A stretch of DNA of 64,000 bases from a virus. Taxonomy: Duplodnaviria > Caudoviricetes. Made by a program: the position numbers and the translations under genes. The notes under the pieces were generated by a model, which saw only the letters and a list, made by a program, of their open reading frames with translations, was not told where the DNA came from and searched no databases. Shown in pieces: positions 51,193 through 61,331 of this stretch; positions within the stretch are counted from its first letter, which is position 1, and each line of letters starts with the position of its first letter. Where the stretch lies: positions 1-64,000 of IMG/VR virus record IMGVR_UViG_2636415425_000001; one strand, 5' to 3'.

Positions 51193-51243
51193 CCCGGCAA
51201 GGCTCAACCCGCGCAATCGTGCGCAAATCGAAAAGGTAAGACA

Positions 51244-51429
51244 GTGACAAACTCAACCGTGAAAAGCCTCTTGCACCATGCGGCCGCGGCGATCCGGGTT
51301 GGAAACCTCACACTCGCATTGCGGCTTGTGTCCAATGCCGAATGCCTGGCCTCGGCGGACGAAACCATTTCCGCGGTGCGCCTCGGCCATATTCGCACCG
51401 CGCGGCTTGCGCTCGCAATCGCGAACTGA
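51244..51429 (+). CDS. Hypothetical protein
   Basis: Follows repeat and AAGG RBS. Confidence 0.6.
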   Translation: MTNSTVKSLLHHAAAAIRVGNLTLALRLVSNAECLASADETISAVRLGHIRTARLALAIAN

Positions 51430-51442
51430 GGAGCGCGCGACA

Positions 51443-51655
51443 ATGGCAACCGCCACAATCAAAAAGCGCGATCATGTCACCTATGTTTGCAGCGCTGGTG
51501 TCACCGTTACCGCCATCGTTCGCACCGCGCACCGCGACGGTACCGCTACGGTTGAGGCCCGGCATATGCTGGACTCGGCCGGCAATATCCGCGGTTGCTA
51601 TCTCGGTTACCGCTACCGTTTCGACGCCAGCGATCTAACCCGGGTTGAGGCATAA
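51443..51655 (+). CDS. Hypothetical protein (SH3-like beta pattern)
   Basis: GAGGAG RBS. Confidence 0.65.
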   Translation: MATATIKKRDHVTYVCSAGVTVTAIVRTAHRDGTATVEARHMLDSAGNIRGCYLGYRYRFDASDLTRVEA

Positions 51656-51660
51656 CGCAC

Positions 51661-51900
51661 ATGGCAAAGCCTGATGATTTGACCGTGTACGCCTCGGCCG
51701 GATATGCCGCGCCGGATTCCACAAATCCGCACCTCTGGAGTAGCGCAACACACATTGCCTATTGCCTCGGCCAATGGTTTCACGCAACCGGCCGGCCGGC
51801 GCCGCGCGCGGTCCGCATGTCCCGCGGCCTTTCGATCCGCGCAAACGATATGCTGATACGCTGGGATGCTAAAACCGGCGCATGCGAGCGTATCAACTAA
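51661..51900 (+). CDS. Hypothetical protein
   Basis: GAGG RBS. Confidence 0.65.
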   Translation: MAKPDDLTVYASAGYAAPDSTNPHLWSSATHIAYCLGQWFHATGRPAPRAVRMSRGLSIRANDMLIRWDAKTGACERIN

Positions 51901-51991
51901 CGCGATTTGCAGCCTATGCCGTGCACGTCACGGCATAACCGGCAAACCGCCGAAACCGCGCAATTGTGCGCAAACTGAAAAGGAAACCGCT

Positions 51992-52096
51992 ATGAAGTAT
52001 CGCAAGCATGACTCCGACCGCCGGCCGATGGACAAGCGGACTCGGCGCGCCGCGGTGCGCAACGGAAAGCGCTCGTTTCTGAATTCGTGCCTCTGA
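51992..52096 (+). CDS. 34-aa basic peptide
   Basis: Follows repeat and AAGGA RBS. Confidence 0.55.
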   Translation: MKYRKHDSDRRPMDKRTRRAAVRNGKRSFLNSCL

Positions 52097-52107
52097 GGGA
52101 TACGCCA

Positions 52108-52563
52108 ATGCGATGGACGTTTGACCAATGGTTGACGGCATGCGGCGCGGAAATGTCGCTCCAGTTTAATTGGACGCTGGAGCATTCCGGGTTGCGCGGT
52201 TTCGATTGGAGCGCGGCCTATGGCCGAGGCCTCACGGTCCGCGCGGCTTGTGACGCGGCTTACGATCATGTGCAGGAAACTGCACTAGACGGCGCCGTCT
52301 ATTTCAATTGCTGCACTGGCAACACGGCGCCGGATTGGTCCGCCTTCCGTTCGCTCGAAATTGGCGGATGCAAAATGGTGAGCAATTCCGCTGGCGAAAG
52401 CTACGTGCACGGGAATCAGGCGCCGGACGATTCCGCTTTTTGGACTGTCTACGCTCGCGAGCATGACGGTTGCGCGCTGGCGATTACCGATTGCGGAATC
52501 CTCACGGAAACCCACGCGATAGCGGAAACGCTTTCCCGGCTTTCCGGCCTTCCCCTGATTTGA
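52108..52563 (+). CDS. Hypothetical protein
   Basis: GAGGG RBS; FWTVYAR...AITDC motif. Confidence 0.65.
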   Translation: MRWTFDQWLTACGAEMSLQFNWTLEHSGLRGFDWSAAYGRGLTVRAACDAAYDHVQETALDGAVYFNCCTGNTAPDWSAFRSLEIGGCKMVSNSAGESYVHGNQAPDDSAFWTVYAREHDGCALAITDCGILTETHAIAETLSRLSGLPLI

Positions 52564-52655
52564 CGTTGCGACACTGCGCAGCATGTCTGCGCAGCACGGA
52601 ACGCCAAAGCGGACCAACGCGCGATTGTGCGCAAACTTGAAAAGGACAACGGCCA

Positions 52656-52898
52656 ATGCCTTGGAAACTGGAACTGCAGGAAACCCGGCGCGGTTGCCAA
52701 ATGCTGGAAACGACACCGCGCTATGACGTTCTCTTGAACGGCGCGCGAACCGGCCAGCTGTATTTCAACACGCGCGGTTATGTCGGATATCTGCCGACGC
52801 CGGCCGGCGGAAAGATCGATATCGGAGAGAAGGGAATCACGGCGTTTCGTCGCGAGGTTTCCGCGCTCAACCGGGAAGCTAGGAACCTGGCCGGCTAA
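52656..52898 (+). CDS. Hypothetical protein
   Basis: Follows repeat and RBS. Confidence 0.65.
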   Translation: MPWKLELQETRRGCQMLETTPRYDVLLNGARTGQLYFNTRGYVGYLPTPAGGKIDIGEKGITAFRREVSALNREARNLAG

Positions 52899-52936
52899 CC
52901 CGCGCGATTGTGCGCAAATTGAAAGGACAGACTACA

Positions 52937-53128
52937 ATGGCACGATATGGCGGCGATCCGCGATGGATCATTACCAAATATCCGACCAATGACCGCAACG
53001 GCCGTTTCATCCCGGTAGGAACGCGCGCGTTCTACTATCCCGCTTCCAAACGCATGTTGACCGGCGCCGAGGCGGAACAGGCAAGCCGTGACTTTGAGGC
53101 CGCGCGCTTTGACGAAAGCATGGGGTAA
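52937..53128 (+). CDS. Hypothetical protein
   Basis: Follows repeat and RBS; DPRWI..KY motif. Confidence 0.7.
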   Translation: MARYGGDPRWIITKYPTNDRNGRFIPVGTRAFYYPASKRMLTGAEAEQASRDFEAARFDESMG

Positions 53129-53133
53129 CGGAA

Positions 53134-53433
53134 ATGGATTTTGCAGCATTCCAAGCCGCCGCGGCCGAGCTGGATAACCGGATGACAACGGCCGGCGCGC
53201 GCCTCGGCGCCGTGACAGAAAGCCTTGCGGCCGAGATGGGGATTCCGGCGCGCGGTCCGATGGGATTGACGCCCGATCGAATTAAGTTCGATCCGCGATA
53301 CCGGCTTGCGAAGGCCGCGGCCGATATCGCCTTTTCGGAACTGCGCGCATTCAATGCCCGGTATGCCCGGCGGTTCAAGAAAGAGATACGCGCCGCGATT
53401 GACGCGCGGCGCCGTGCCAAGGCAACGGCCTGA
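53134..53433 (+). CDS. Hypothetical protein (GPMGLTPD motif)
   Basis: Adjacent ORF. Confidence 0.7.
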   Translation: MDFAAFQAAAAELDNRMTTAGARLGAVTESLAAEMGIPARGPMGLTPDRIKFDPRYRLAKAAADIAFSELRAFNARYARRFKKEIRAAIDARRRAKATA

Positions 53434-53497
53434 CCTGGCCTCGGCCTTCCCTCAATTCTCGGCGCGATTGTGCGCAAATCAGAAAGGACAATGGACC

Positions 53498-54589
53498 ATG
53501 CAACAGGTTGATTTGATCGCGGCAAAGGCTGCAAAGGCAACGGAACGGCGCGCGCTCGCAATCGTCGCGTATGACAACGCAACAGCGAATCCCGATTGCG
53601 CGAACTGGCGCGCGGTTGCCGATTTGCTTAGGCTCGCATTGCCGGCGCCGAAAGCCGGATCCGCCGCGGCCAAGATCCCGGACGGCGCGGCCGATCATTG
53701 GGCGGACTATGTGATTCCGGCAAGCGCGACCAAACGTCTAGGCAAATCGCCTATTATCGTTGTCACGTTCTCTTGCGGCGCCGTGGTACGCGCGCCGGCA
53801 GTTTCCCTTCCCGGCAAGCCGGTCAATATCGGCCGCGGCTTGCGTGTTGCCTTTGCCTTCTACCGGGCACGGATCGCACGGGAATTCGGCAAGGCCTCGG
53901 CCATTGGTTCCGATTGTGTCGCGGTTCCGGCCATCGTTTCCGTTGCCTGTGACGTTGCCGGCGCCGAGTATTCCGCCGAGGAATGCAACGCGCGAACGGC
54001 CGAATTCCGCCGCGGCCGTTTCGATCATATCGCGCTTTCGGCCGAGGCCTCGGCCTTGCCGGAAACCGCCGAGGCCGGCGAGTTGACGCGCGCCGACTTC
54101 TACCGCGGCCATTACCTCATTGCCTCGGCCGAGGCCGAGATTTTGGCCGGCGCCAATGAGGATCACGCGGCCGAGCTCGGCGCGCAGATTGCCGACTATC
54201 GGTCGCGTCTCGGCGGTATGGCCTGGCTGGAGATTGAAGCGCGGCGCCGCGCCATCATTCGCGCGGCCGAGGCCGAGGCGAAAGCCGCGGCAAAGGCCGA
54301 GGCCGAGGCCGGCCGGCGCGCCGAGCAAGAGGCCGAGGCCCGCGCAGCTGCAGCCGAGGCCGAGGCGTCGCGGTTGCGGCTTGTCGCGGACAATTCCGCC
54401 AGCGTCGAAACCGCGTCGGCTTCCCTCCCGGATACGGCCGATTCCCTCCCGGTTGCGCCCGCGCCCAAATCGATCGCGCCTATCCCGGTTGCGCCTTCCC
54501 GCGCCGCGCGCTTCCTGGCCTCGTCATCGCTCGGCGCGCCTCGGCCTTCCCTCCCGGTTGCGCCTTTCTGCGCGATCCGCGCCAGCTAG
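53498..54589 (+). CDS. Hypothetical Ala-rich protein
   Basis: Follows repeat and RBS; 363 aa. Confidence 0.7.
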   Translation: MQQVDLIAAKAAKATERRALAIVAYDNATANPDCANWRAVADLLRLALPAPKAGSAAAKIPDGAADHWADYVIPASATKRLGKSPIIVVTFSCGAVVRAPAVSLPGKPVNIGRGLRVAFAFYRARIAREFGKASAIGSDCVAVPAIVSVACDVAGAEYSAEECNARTAEFRRGRFDHIALSAEASALPETAEAGELTRADFYRGHYLIASAEAEILAGANEDHAAELGAQIADYRSRLGGMAWLEIEARRRAIIRAAEAEAKAAAKAEAEAGRRAEQEAEARAAAAEAEASRLRLVADNSASVETASASLPDTADSLPVAPAPKSIAPIPVAPSRAARFLASSSLGAPRPSLPVAPFCAIRAS

Positions 54590-54604
54590 TCGGAGTCGCC
54601 AGCA

Positions 54605-54802
54605 ATGCGAGCCTATGGATTCGATATCTTGCCCGATGGCGCAAAGTTTCGCCTGATTGATCGCTGCGAATTCAACAATTGGGGCGAGCTATCGCCGCGG
54701 TTTGATACTCCAGCCGAGGCCGAGGAATACGCGCGCCGCTGCGACGAATTCAAGCGCGGCAAGCGTTCAAGCGTCGAATTGCGCGCTTGGGAACTGCACT
54801 AG
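54605..54802 (+). CDS. Hypothetical protein
   Basis: GGAG RBS; FDT..EA..YA motif. Confidence 0.65.
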   Translation: MRAYGFDILPDGAKFRLIDRCEFNNWGELSPRFDTPAEAEEYARRCDEFKRGKRSSVELRAWELH

Positions 54803-54872
54803 GCCGCGGCGCGCCTCGGCCTCACGGAATGCAACACGCGCGATTGTGCGCAAACGGAAAGGAAAACAGACC

Positions 54873-55286
54873 ATGCGGAAGCCGAATCCCAACAAAGAGA
54901 AGGCCGCGCAGCTGGCGCGCCAGATTGCCAACATGACGGAAGAGCAGAAGGCGATTTGGCTGCAGCGCGCGCCGATCCTCACCGCGGACGCGCGGCCGAT
55001 ATCCGGGAAAAATCACATGCTGGCGGCGATGCAATGCGAAGGCGCAACCATGCTCGGCGGCTTCAATCAATGGCTTTCCGCCGGTCGCGTGGTGCGCAAA
55101 GGCGAGTCCGCAATCTACATTTTCGCGCCGTCCGGCCGGCGCGCGACGGCCGAGACCTCGGCGGCGCCGAGCGCGGAAGGCGCCGCGGCCGAGGCCGTGG
55201 CGGAGTCCGTGCGGTTTATCCTGGTCCCGGTTTTCGACGTCTCGCAAACCGAGGAAAAGCCGGCCGAGCAAGCCGCCGCGGCCTAG
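54873..55286 (+). CDS. ArdC-like N-terminal ssDNA-binding domain protein (anti-restriction family)
   Basis: S.KN.ML...Q...GFNQW...GR.VRKGE.AI.I.AP...VFDVSQTE. Confidence 0.8.
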   Translation: MRKPNPNKEKAAQLARQIANMTEEQKAIWLQRAPILTADARPISGKNHMLAAMQCEGATMLGGFNQWLSAGRVVRKGESAIYIFAPSGRRATAETSAAPSAEGAAAEAVAESVRFILVPVFDVSQTEEKPAEQAAAA

Positions 55287-55371
55287 TCCCGGGTACGGCC
55301 GATTTCCCCAATCCCTCGGCTACGGCCGATTTTCTCGGCGCAATTGTGCGCAAACCAAAGGAGCTAACGAC

Positions 55372-55641
55372 ATGCCGAAATTGATTCTCGATTGCCACCC
55401 CGCAACCGTCCAGGGCGATTGCATCTTGACGTCCATCATGCAAGCCGGCCCCGTGGCGCGCCTCGTTGTCGATATCGCGCGCGCCGCGGACGCCGAAAGG
55501 GAATTCGCGGATTACTGCAAGAGCATTGAGGCAACCGGCAAGCCGGCGAGCGTTTCAATGCGGATCGCCCGCGCCGATCGCTCCCCGCCTGGCTTCAAGA
55601 AACTGAAGGGCGCGGCCGGCTTTCACAGTGTCAATTGCTGA
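55372..55641 (+). CDS. Hypothetical protein
   Basis: Follows repeats and AAGGAG RBS. Confidence 0.7.
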   Translation: MPKLILDCHPATVQGDCILTSIMQAGPVARLVVDIARAADAEREFADYCKSIEATGKPASVSMRIARADRSPPGFKKLKGAAGFHSVNC

Positions 55642-55651
55642 GGGCGCCGAA

Positions 55652-55846
55652 ATGACTTTCCGCGCCTATGACTTTCCTGCGGCCGTCATCCGGATTTATG
55701 CGGATGGCAGCTGCAGGGAGTTTCCGAAATGGTGCCTAATGATAAGCGTCGAACGCTCGCGCGCCTATGTCGCCAGTGCACTGCGCGAGTTGCGCAGCTA
55801 TCGGCGGCGCCTCGCCGCTGAACCGCTTCGCCCCGCCGCCGCCTGA
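55652..55846 (+). CDS. Hypothetical protein
   Basis: GAGGG RBS. Confidence 0.55.
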   Translation: MTFRAYDFPAAVIRIYADGSCREFPKWCLMISVERSRAYVASALRELRSYRRRLAAEPLRPAAA

Positions 55847-55874
55847 TTTCCCATCACAGAACAAAGGAACCGTT

Positions 55875-56282
55875 ATGCATCTCACCTTGCCCCGCTCGCC
55901 GCTCGCCGCGCTCGTTAACGAGGCCTCAAAGTATCGATGGCGCATCCGCTACGCGCTGCAGCGCTACGGCGTAGCCTGGCGCTACGCTCGCCAGCGCTCA
56001 ACCCGCGATGACGGATTGACGCTGCTTTTCGACGCCGAGCATATCGCCGGGATTTACGGCCTCGCCTGCTTGTCCGAGGAATCCGTTTTGGATCGCGCGC
56101 GCGACCTATACGGCGACATTCCCGGTCTTGAGCGATGGGCGGCGGACGCTTGCGCGCGCGTCAACTCGAAACATGGCGGCGGCGATGGCGAAATGATCGG
56201 CGCGGCGGAAGATTGGGCGCTTGAACTGATGGCCGAATACGCCGCGCACGATGGCGTGACGCTGGCAGAACTCGCCGAGTAA
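55875..56282 (+). CDS. Hypothetical protein
   Basis: AAGGA RBS. Confidence 0.65.
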   Translation: MHLTLPRSPLAALVNEASKYRWRIRYALQRYGVAWRYARQRSTRDDGLTLLFDAEHIAGIYGLACLSEESVLDRARDLYGDIPGLERWAADACARVNSKHGGGDGEMIGAAEDWALELMAEYAAHDGVTLAELAE

Positions 56283-56419
56283 CCCCCGGCGCCGGCTGAT
56301 TCCCCAGCCGGCGCGACACCTCCCGACTACGGCCGATTTTGCGCGGTGGATGACGCGCGGACCTGGCCGCAGCCGCTCAACCATCCGCGCAATAGTGCGC
56401 AAAGCGAAAGGACGCTCCC

Positions 56420-56653
56420 ATGAGAACGATTAAGCCCGCGACACGCGACAATGCAATCCAACTCAACAACGCAATAGCGCTGATGAAGAAGGCCCGCGGC
56501 TGGTTGCGCGGCGCCGATAGCCCGAAAGCGTTGGAAGCGCTGCAAGCGGCGCTGAAGAGCGCCGAGGGCGCAAAGCGACACATGCAGCACAGACTCAACC
56601 GGGCCAATCCGCCTGGCCTTCGCGCGCCCGGCGTCGATCACATGCCGGGATAG
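56420..56653 (+). CDS. Hypothetical helical protein (ALKSAEGAKRH motif)
   Basis: Follows repeat and RBS. Confidence 0.7.
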   Translation: MRTIKPATRDNAIQLNNAIALMKKARGWLRGADSPKALEALQAALKSAEGAKRHMQHRLNRANPPGLRAPGVDHMPG

Positions 56654-56718
56654 CCTCCGGGCTACGGCTGATTTTCCACCCCTCGCATACGGCTAATTTT
56701 CACAAGGAGATCACCATC

Positions 56719-57624
56719 ATGAGCACAATCACGATTTGGACTTGCACCACGGAAGGCGACAACTGCGGGACCGAAACCACGGTGCACGCAACCCAAGGCG
56801 AGGCCGTGGACTACGTGCGCGCAGCGCTCCGCGATATTCTCAAAAACCGCAGACCCGAGCGCCTGGCAGCGATCGCGGCGGCGACCGCCGAGAACATCAA
56901 AGAACTCTGGGAAGATGCGGTTGACGGACCTTGCATCATCGAAGAGCAGTCCGTGACGCTTCCGCCCTTTGCGGTCGCGATCTACGAAACCCGCTACGGC
57001 GACGAAACGCGCCTCTACGCCAACACGGACGACGCGCAGACCTGGCGCCGCGAGATCGCCGCCGAGAACTGGGCGGCGCGGATGGACGAGGAACGGCCGG
57101 CCGATGCCGACGAGACCGCAGACGCCTATTTCCATCACGTCGGCGAGGCGCGCGGCGACTTCTTCCGGGTCGAAGAGCTGGAGATGATCGGCGGCACAGT
57201 CCCGGTTGCGCCTGCCCAGGACTGGCGCCAGATCGCCCGCGACTTGGCCGGCGCGCTCGATGCATGCACCCATCAGATTGGCCAGATGCGCGGCATGTTC
57301 GACGACGAGGACGGCACGATTGCGGAAGCAGTTTCCGACGCTGACGCCGCCTCCGAAGCCTACCGCCGAGCCGCCGCCGGCCTCCCGGCTGCGCCCGCGC
57401 TGCAGCCCATCGGTCAAGATGACCGCGCCTGCTCGGAAGGCTGGGGCCTCTTCGAGAACAGCGACACAGGCCGGCTTGAGATTCAGGCCGACGCCGAGTC
57501 CTCAATCTTTGTGCGTGACGGCGTGAGCCACGACGACGAGGCCGAGGCATTCGTAAAAGCAAAGGCCGCCGAGGGCAGCGAGTACCACGCCGCGGCGCTC
57601 GCCCGTGTCGGTACGGCCCAATAG
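56719..57624 (+). CDS. Acidic hypothetical protein (possible DNA mimic)
   Basis: AAGGAG RBS; D/E-rich, 301 aa. Confidence 0.75.
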   Translation: MSTITIWTCTTEGDNCGTETTVHATQGEAVDYVRAALRDILKNRRPERLAAIAAATAENIKELWEDAVDGPCIIEEQSVTLPPFAVAIYETRYGDETRLYANTDDAQTWRREIAAENWAARMDEERPADADETADAYFHHVGEARGDFFRVEELEMIGGTVPVAPAQDWRQIARDLAGALDACTHQIGQMRGMFDDEDGTIAEAVSDADAASEAYRRAAAGLPAAPALQPIGQDDRACSEGWGLFENSDTGRLEIQADAESSIFVRDGVSHDDEAEAFVKAKAAEGSEYHAAALARVGTAQ

Positions 57625-57683
57625 GCCCGGCTACGATCGATTTTCCACCCCCGAGCTACGGCCGATTTTGAGGAGCAGCACAC

Positions 57684-57875
57684 ATGCACTTGAGCGAGAC
57701 GACAAACGGAAAGCTGGCGGAGGTCTCAACCCAGATTGAGGAGCTAATCCGCTGGGCTGAAGCGGACGCCGAGCACGCCCGCGAAAACGACGCGCGTCAA
57801 ACCGCGCGAGATGATCGGAGCCGCGCCGCGAAGCTCCGCAAGGCGCTCGCCCTGGTGCGAGCGTGCGAGCGATAG
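57684..57875 (+). CDS. Hypothetical protein
   Basis: GAGGAG RBS. Confidence 0.65.
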   Translation: MHLSETTNGKLAEVSTQIEELIRWAEADAEHARENDARQTARDDRSRAAKLRKALALVRACER

Positions 57876-57952
57876 CCACTTGACACCGCCGGCAATCTGA
57901 CTCATTGAACAACCCCCGCGCGATTGTGCGCAAATTGAAAGGATGAAGACAC

Positions 57953-60316
57953 ATGCAGCATTCCGCCACCTATTCGCCCGATGATAACAAGCTGCGCCTT
58001 TACCCGGCGCACCGGCTCGACGCCGAGGAGCACGCGCGCGTAAAGGCGCACGGCTTCAAATGGGCGCCGCGTCAAGAATTGTTCGTTGCGCCGATGTGGA
58101 CGCCAGAACGCGAAGACCTGCTGATTGAGATGTGCGGCGAGATCGGCGACGAGGACAAGAGCCTGGTAGAGCGCGCCGAGGATCGCGCCGACCGTTTCGA
58201 CGAATACAGCGACAAGCGGCTGTCGGAAGCTAACCGCGCGCGCGAGGCCGTGGACCAGATCGCGGAGCGGTTCGCGATGGGGCAGCCGATTTTGGTCGGC
58301 CATCATTCCGAGAAGAGCGCACGCAAGGACAAGGAGCGGATGGACTCCGGCATGCGCAAGGCAATCAAGCTGTGGGACACTTCCAAATATTGGACGGCCC
58401 GCGCCGAGGGCGCCATCGCCCACGCGAAATACAAGGAACTGCCGGCGGTGCGTCATCGCCGCATCAAGGGCATTGAGTCCGATAAGCGGAAGCTGGAGCG
58501 CCAGCAGGCCGAGACCGAAAGGCAGCTGAAAGCCTGGCAGATCGTCGCCGGCATCACGGACCCGGAGAAGCAGCGCGCGGCCGGTTTGGCCGTGGCCAAC
58601 ACCGGCGGTTATTGGTCGATGTCGTTTCCGCTGGCCGACTATCCGCGCGACCCGCCGGCCTCGCAGTATGAGGGACCGATGGGCCTTTGGTCGGCGATTG
58701 AAGGGAACGTCATCACCGCCGCCCAGGCCGCCGCTATCGCAATTCCTGGCCTGGAGCGCGGCGGGCCTCGGCGGGAGCGCTGGATTGCGCACTATGACAA
58801 CCGGCTGGCCTATGAACGGGCGATGTTGGCCGAGCAGATCGGCGCGGAGGCCACTGCCAACCCGCTTGCAGACCGTTTCGCCTTCGCCGTTGGTGGTCAG
58901 GTGCAAACCCGCCGCAGCGACGATTGGCTTACGATTGTGAAGGTCAGCAAGGGCGCTAACGGCTCGGTTTCCAGCATTCAAACCGCAGCCCCGTCAGGAT
59001 CGCGCGGGCGCGGCGTTTACTGGAAGGTCGAAAGCGTCCGCGACTATCGCGCGCCGACCGCCGAGAACGTCGCCGCGGCGAAGGCCGCCACGAAGCTCCC
59101 GCCGATTTGCAACTATCCCGGCGAGGGATTCCGCGAAATGACTGAAGCCGAATGGAAGGCGCGCCGGCAGTTCTCGGATTTCTCCTATATCGGCACGGTG
59201 AAGGCGACCGAGACCCAAGGCGCGCACCGCGTCCGCCAGATGCCGACGCCCGGCGAGTTCTGGAAGGCGCAAAAGGTTTTCATCACGGATGCAAAGCGCG
59301 TCGATCCGCCCAAGATCGCGCCGGCACCAGAGCCGACCGAACCGGCCGAATTTGTGGCTGAGTATGTCGCGCCGCCCGCGGTCGATCTTGACGCCATGCT
59401 GGCCACGGTCGGCGAAATCGTGGGCGCGCCGGTCGAGGCCGCGGCCCAGGACGAGCCCGAGGCCGCGCCGGCGCTGGCCCCGGATGCGCCCGCGGAAGAA
59501 CCGCGACGCCTCGGCGACGCCAAGGCGGAGGCGCAGCGCATCGGCGCGGAGATCATCACCGGACTCGGCCAATTCCGTGTTGGCCTCGGCCAGCACGTTA
59601 CCGACTGGTGCGACGACGAGGCGACCGCCTGGCGGCAGTTCTGCGGACTGGCTGGCGTGCCGTTTGAGGCCGAGGCCGTGCCGGCTGATCTGCGGCCGCG
59701 CGTTCTCGCCCCGGTCCCGGATACGGCCGATTTGCCGGCGCCGACCGCGGCGGACAGTTTCGAGGCCATGCGGGCGATGTTGAAGGGCGGCGGCGTGCAA
59801 GTCGTCGTCGCGCCTCAACTCTTCCCGACGTCGGACGAACTCGCCGCGGACGTTGCGGAGGCCGCGGACATCCGGCCCGGGCAACGCATCTTGGAGCCGA
59901 GCGCCGGAACCGGCGCCCTGATCGAGGCTGCGCGCAACTGCGCCAATGATCTGCAGGTGGTGGCGGTCGAGATCAACACGAAGCTGTGCCATGCATTGGC
60001 GGACCGCTTCACCGGCATGCAAATGACCGTCATCAATGCGGACTTTCTCGACATGGCCGGCGTCACGGACAAGTTTGATCGGATCATCATGAATCCGCCT
60101 TTCGAGCGCGGCGCCGATATCAAGCATATCGAGAACGCGCGGCGGTTTCTGAAGCCTAACGGCCGCCTGGTCGCCATCTGTGCCGACGGCCCGCGCCAGC
60201 GCGCGAAGCTCGAACCGATCGCGGTGGAGTATCGCGCCCTGCCCGCGGGATCCTTCAAGGCTGCTGGCACCATGGTCAACACGGCGTTGGTCGTGATCGA
60301 CGGGCCGCCGGGATAG
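57953..60316 (+). CDS. DUF3560-type domain fused to an N6-adenine DNA methyltransferase
   Basis: ATYSPDDNKLRLY, GQPILVGHHSE; C-terminal LFPT, LEPSAGTG, AVEI, MNPPF. Confidence 0.9.
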   Translation: MQHSATYSPDDNKLRLYPAHRLDAEEHARVKAHGFKWAPRQELFVAPMWTPEREDLLIEMCGEIGDEDKSLVERAEDRADRFDEYSDKRLSEANRAREAVDQIAERFAMGQPILVGHHSEKSARKDKERMDSGMRKAIKLWDTSKYWTARAEGAIAHAKYKELPAVRHRRIKGIESDKRKLERQQAETERQLKAWQIVAGITDPEKQRAAGLAVANTGGYWSMSFPLADYPRDPPASQYEGPMGLWSAIEGNVITAAQAAAIAIPGLERGGPRRERWIAHYDNRLAYERAMLAEQIGAEATANPLADRFAFAVGGQVQTRRSDDWLTIVKVSKGANGSVSSIQTAAPSGSRGRGVYWKVESVRDYRAPTAENVAAAKAATKLPPICNYPGEGFREMTEAEWKARRQFSDFSYIGTVKATETQGAHRVRQMPTPGEFWKAQKVFITDAKRVDPPKIAPAPEPTEPAEFVAEYVAPPAVDLDAMLATVGEIVGAPVEAAAQDEPEAAPALAPDAPAEEPRRLGDAKAEAQRIGAEIITGLGQFRVGLGQHVTDWCDDEATAWRQFCGLAGVPFEAEAVPADLRPRVLAPVPDTADLPAPTAADSFEAMRAMLKGGGVQVVVAPQLFPTSDELAADVAEAADIRPGQRILEPSAGTGALIEAARNCANDLQVVAVEINTKLCHALADRFTGMQMTVINADFLDMAGVTDKFDRIIMNPPFERGADIKHIENARRFLKPNGRLVAICADGPRQRAKLEPIAVEYRALPAGSFKAAGTMVNTALVVIDGPPG

Positions 60317-60391
60317 TCCCGGCTGCGCCCTCCCGCTTACGACCGATTTCCAAACCCTCCCGGCTACGATCGATTTTGAAAGGAACACAGC

Positions 60392-60886
60392 ATGCCTGAC
60401 CGTTTCGAATACACTTCGGAAGAGCGGATGTTGCTCGCCCGCCTGGCCCAAGGCCGGCAAACCGACCGGGATTGCATCCCTGAGCGCGTGCTCGTCAATC
60501 GAGGCATGGCGCGCCGGGTCGATCCCGGAGAGATCGAGATCACACCAGCCGGTCGCGACGAGCTCGCACGGATCGCCTCGAGCGCTGCTTTCTCCGGTCC
60601 AATCGACGGCGCACGCGCCGGCATCATCGAGGCGCTCGGCGGCGCGTTCGCAACGCCTCCGGCTTCGCCACCGCCTGGCCGGCAACTGACCGACGATGAG
60701 AAGGCCTTCATCGCTCGCATGGCGCCGCACGTCATGGCCGGCAAGACCCTCGAGGAAGCCGGGGCGGCCGTCCTCCAGGATGATGAACGCTTGTGGCTGA
60801 CCGCCATGGAGGATTCGGACGTCGGCCGCGCGATCCGCGGCGAGCTCGCCAAGGCGACATACGTCGCAGCGCGCGCGAAGCCATAG
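60392..60886 (+). CDS. Hypothetical protein
   Basis: AAGGA RBS after repeats. Confidence 0.7.
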   Translation: MPDRFEYTSEERMLLARLAQGRQTDRDCIPERVLVNRGMARRVDPGEIEITPAGRDELARIASSAAFSGPIDGARAGIIEALGGAFATPPASPPPGRQLTDDEKAFIARMAPHVMAGKTLEEAGAAVLQDDERLWLTAMEDSDVGRAIRGELAKATYVAARAKP

Positions 60887-60959
60887 GCGCGGCTGCCCCG
60901 ACTACGACTGATTTCCCATCACCCCCTCGGCTACGGCCGATTTGAAAGGAGAATTACCC

Positions 60960-61331
60960 ATGCTCGTCACCGTCAAGGCCGGCGCCAAGGTGGAAGGCCA
61001 CACCTTCAGCCAGGACTCGAACCAAAACTTTGGGCGGGAGAAAGCCGAAGGCCTGATCAAAGATGGCCGCGCAAGGCCCGCGGCGTTCGACGCCGAGGGA
61101 ATCTGCCGGATCAACACGCGGTTCGAAGCATGGCTCAACGAACATGGCGCGCTCGCGATCGGGTCTTGCGGCGATGCCTTTCTGCATCTCTCGCCGGAAT
61201 TTCCGTTGGCTTACTTGCCCGAGGCACTGCAAGCCTATCAAGCGGGGCACCACCACGGCATGAGTTACGGCCGCAGCAAACTGCAGAACGAGCTTCTGAA
61301 CTTGCTCGGGGCCGAGCCATGCAAGATATGA
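60960..61331 (+). CDS. Hypothetical protein
   Basis: AAGGAG RBS after repeats. Confidence 0.7.
   Translation: MLVTVKAGAKVEGHTFSQDSNQNFGREKAEGLIKDGRARPAAFDAEGICRINTRFEAWLNEHGALAIGSCGDAFLHLSPEFPLAYLPEALQAYQAGHHHGMSYGRSKLQNELLNLLGAEPCKI

Noticed and set aside
54260-54370. GGCCGAGGCC tandem repeats
   Set aside because: Explained by a low-complexity Ala/Glu helical protein segment
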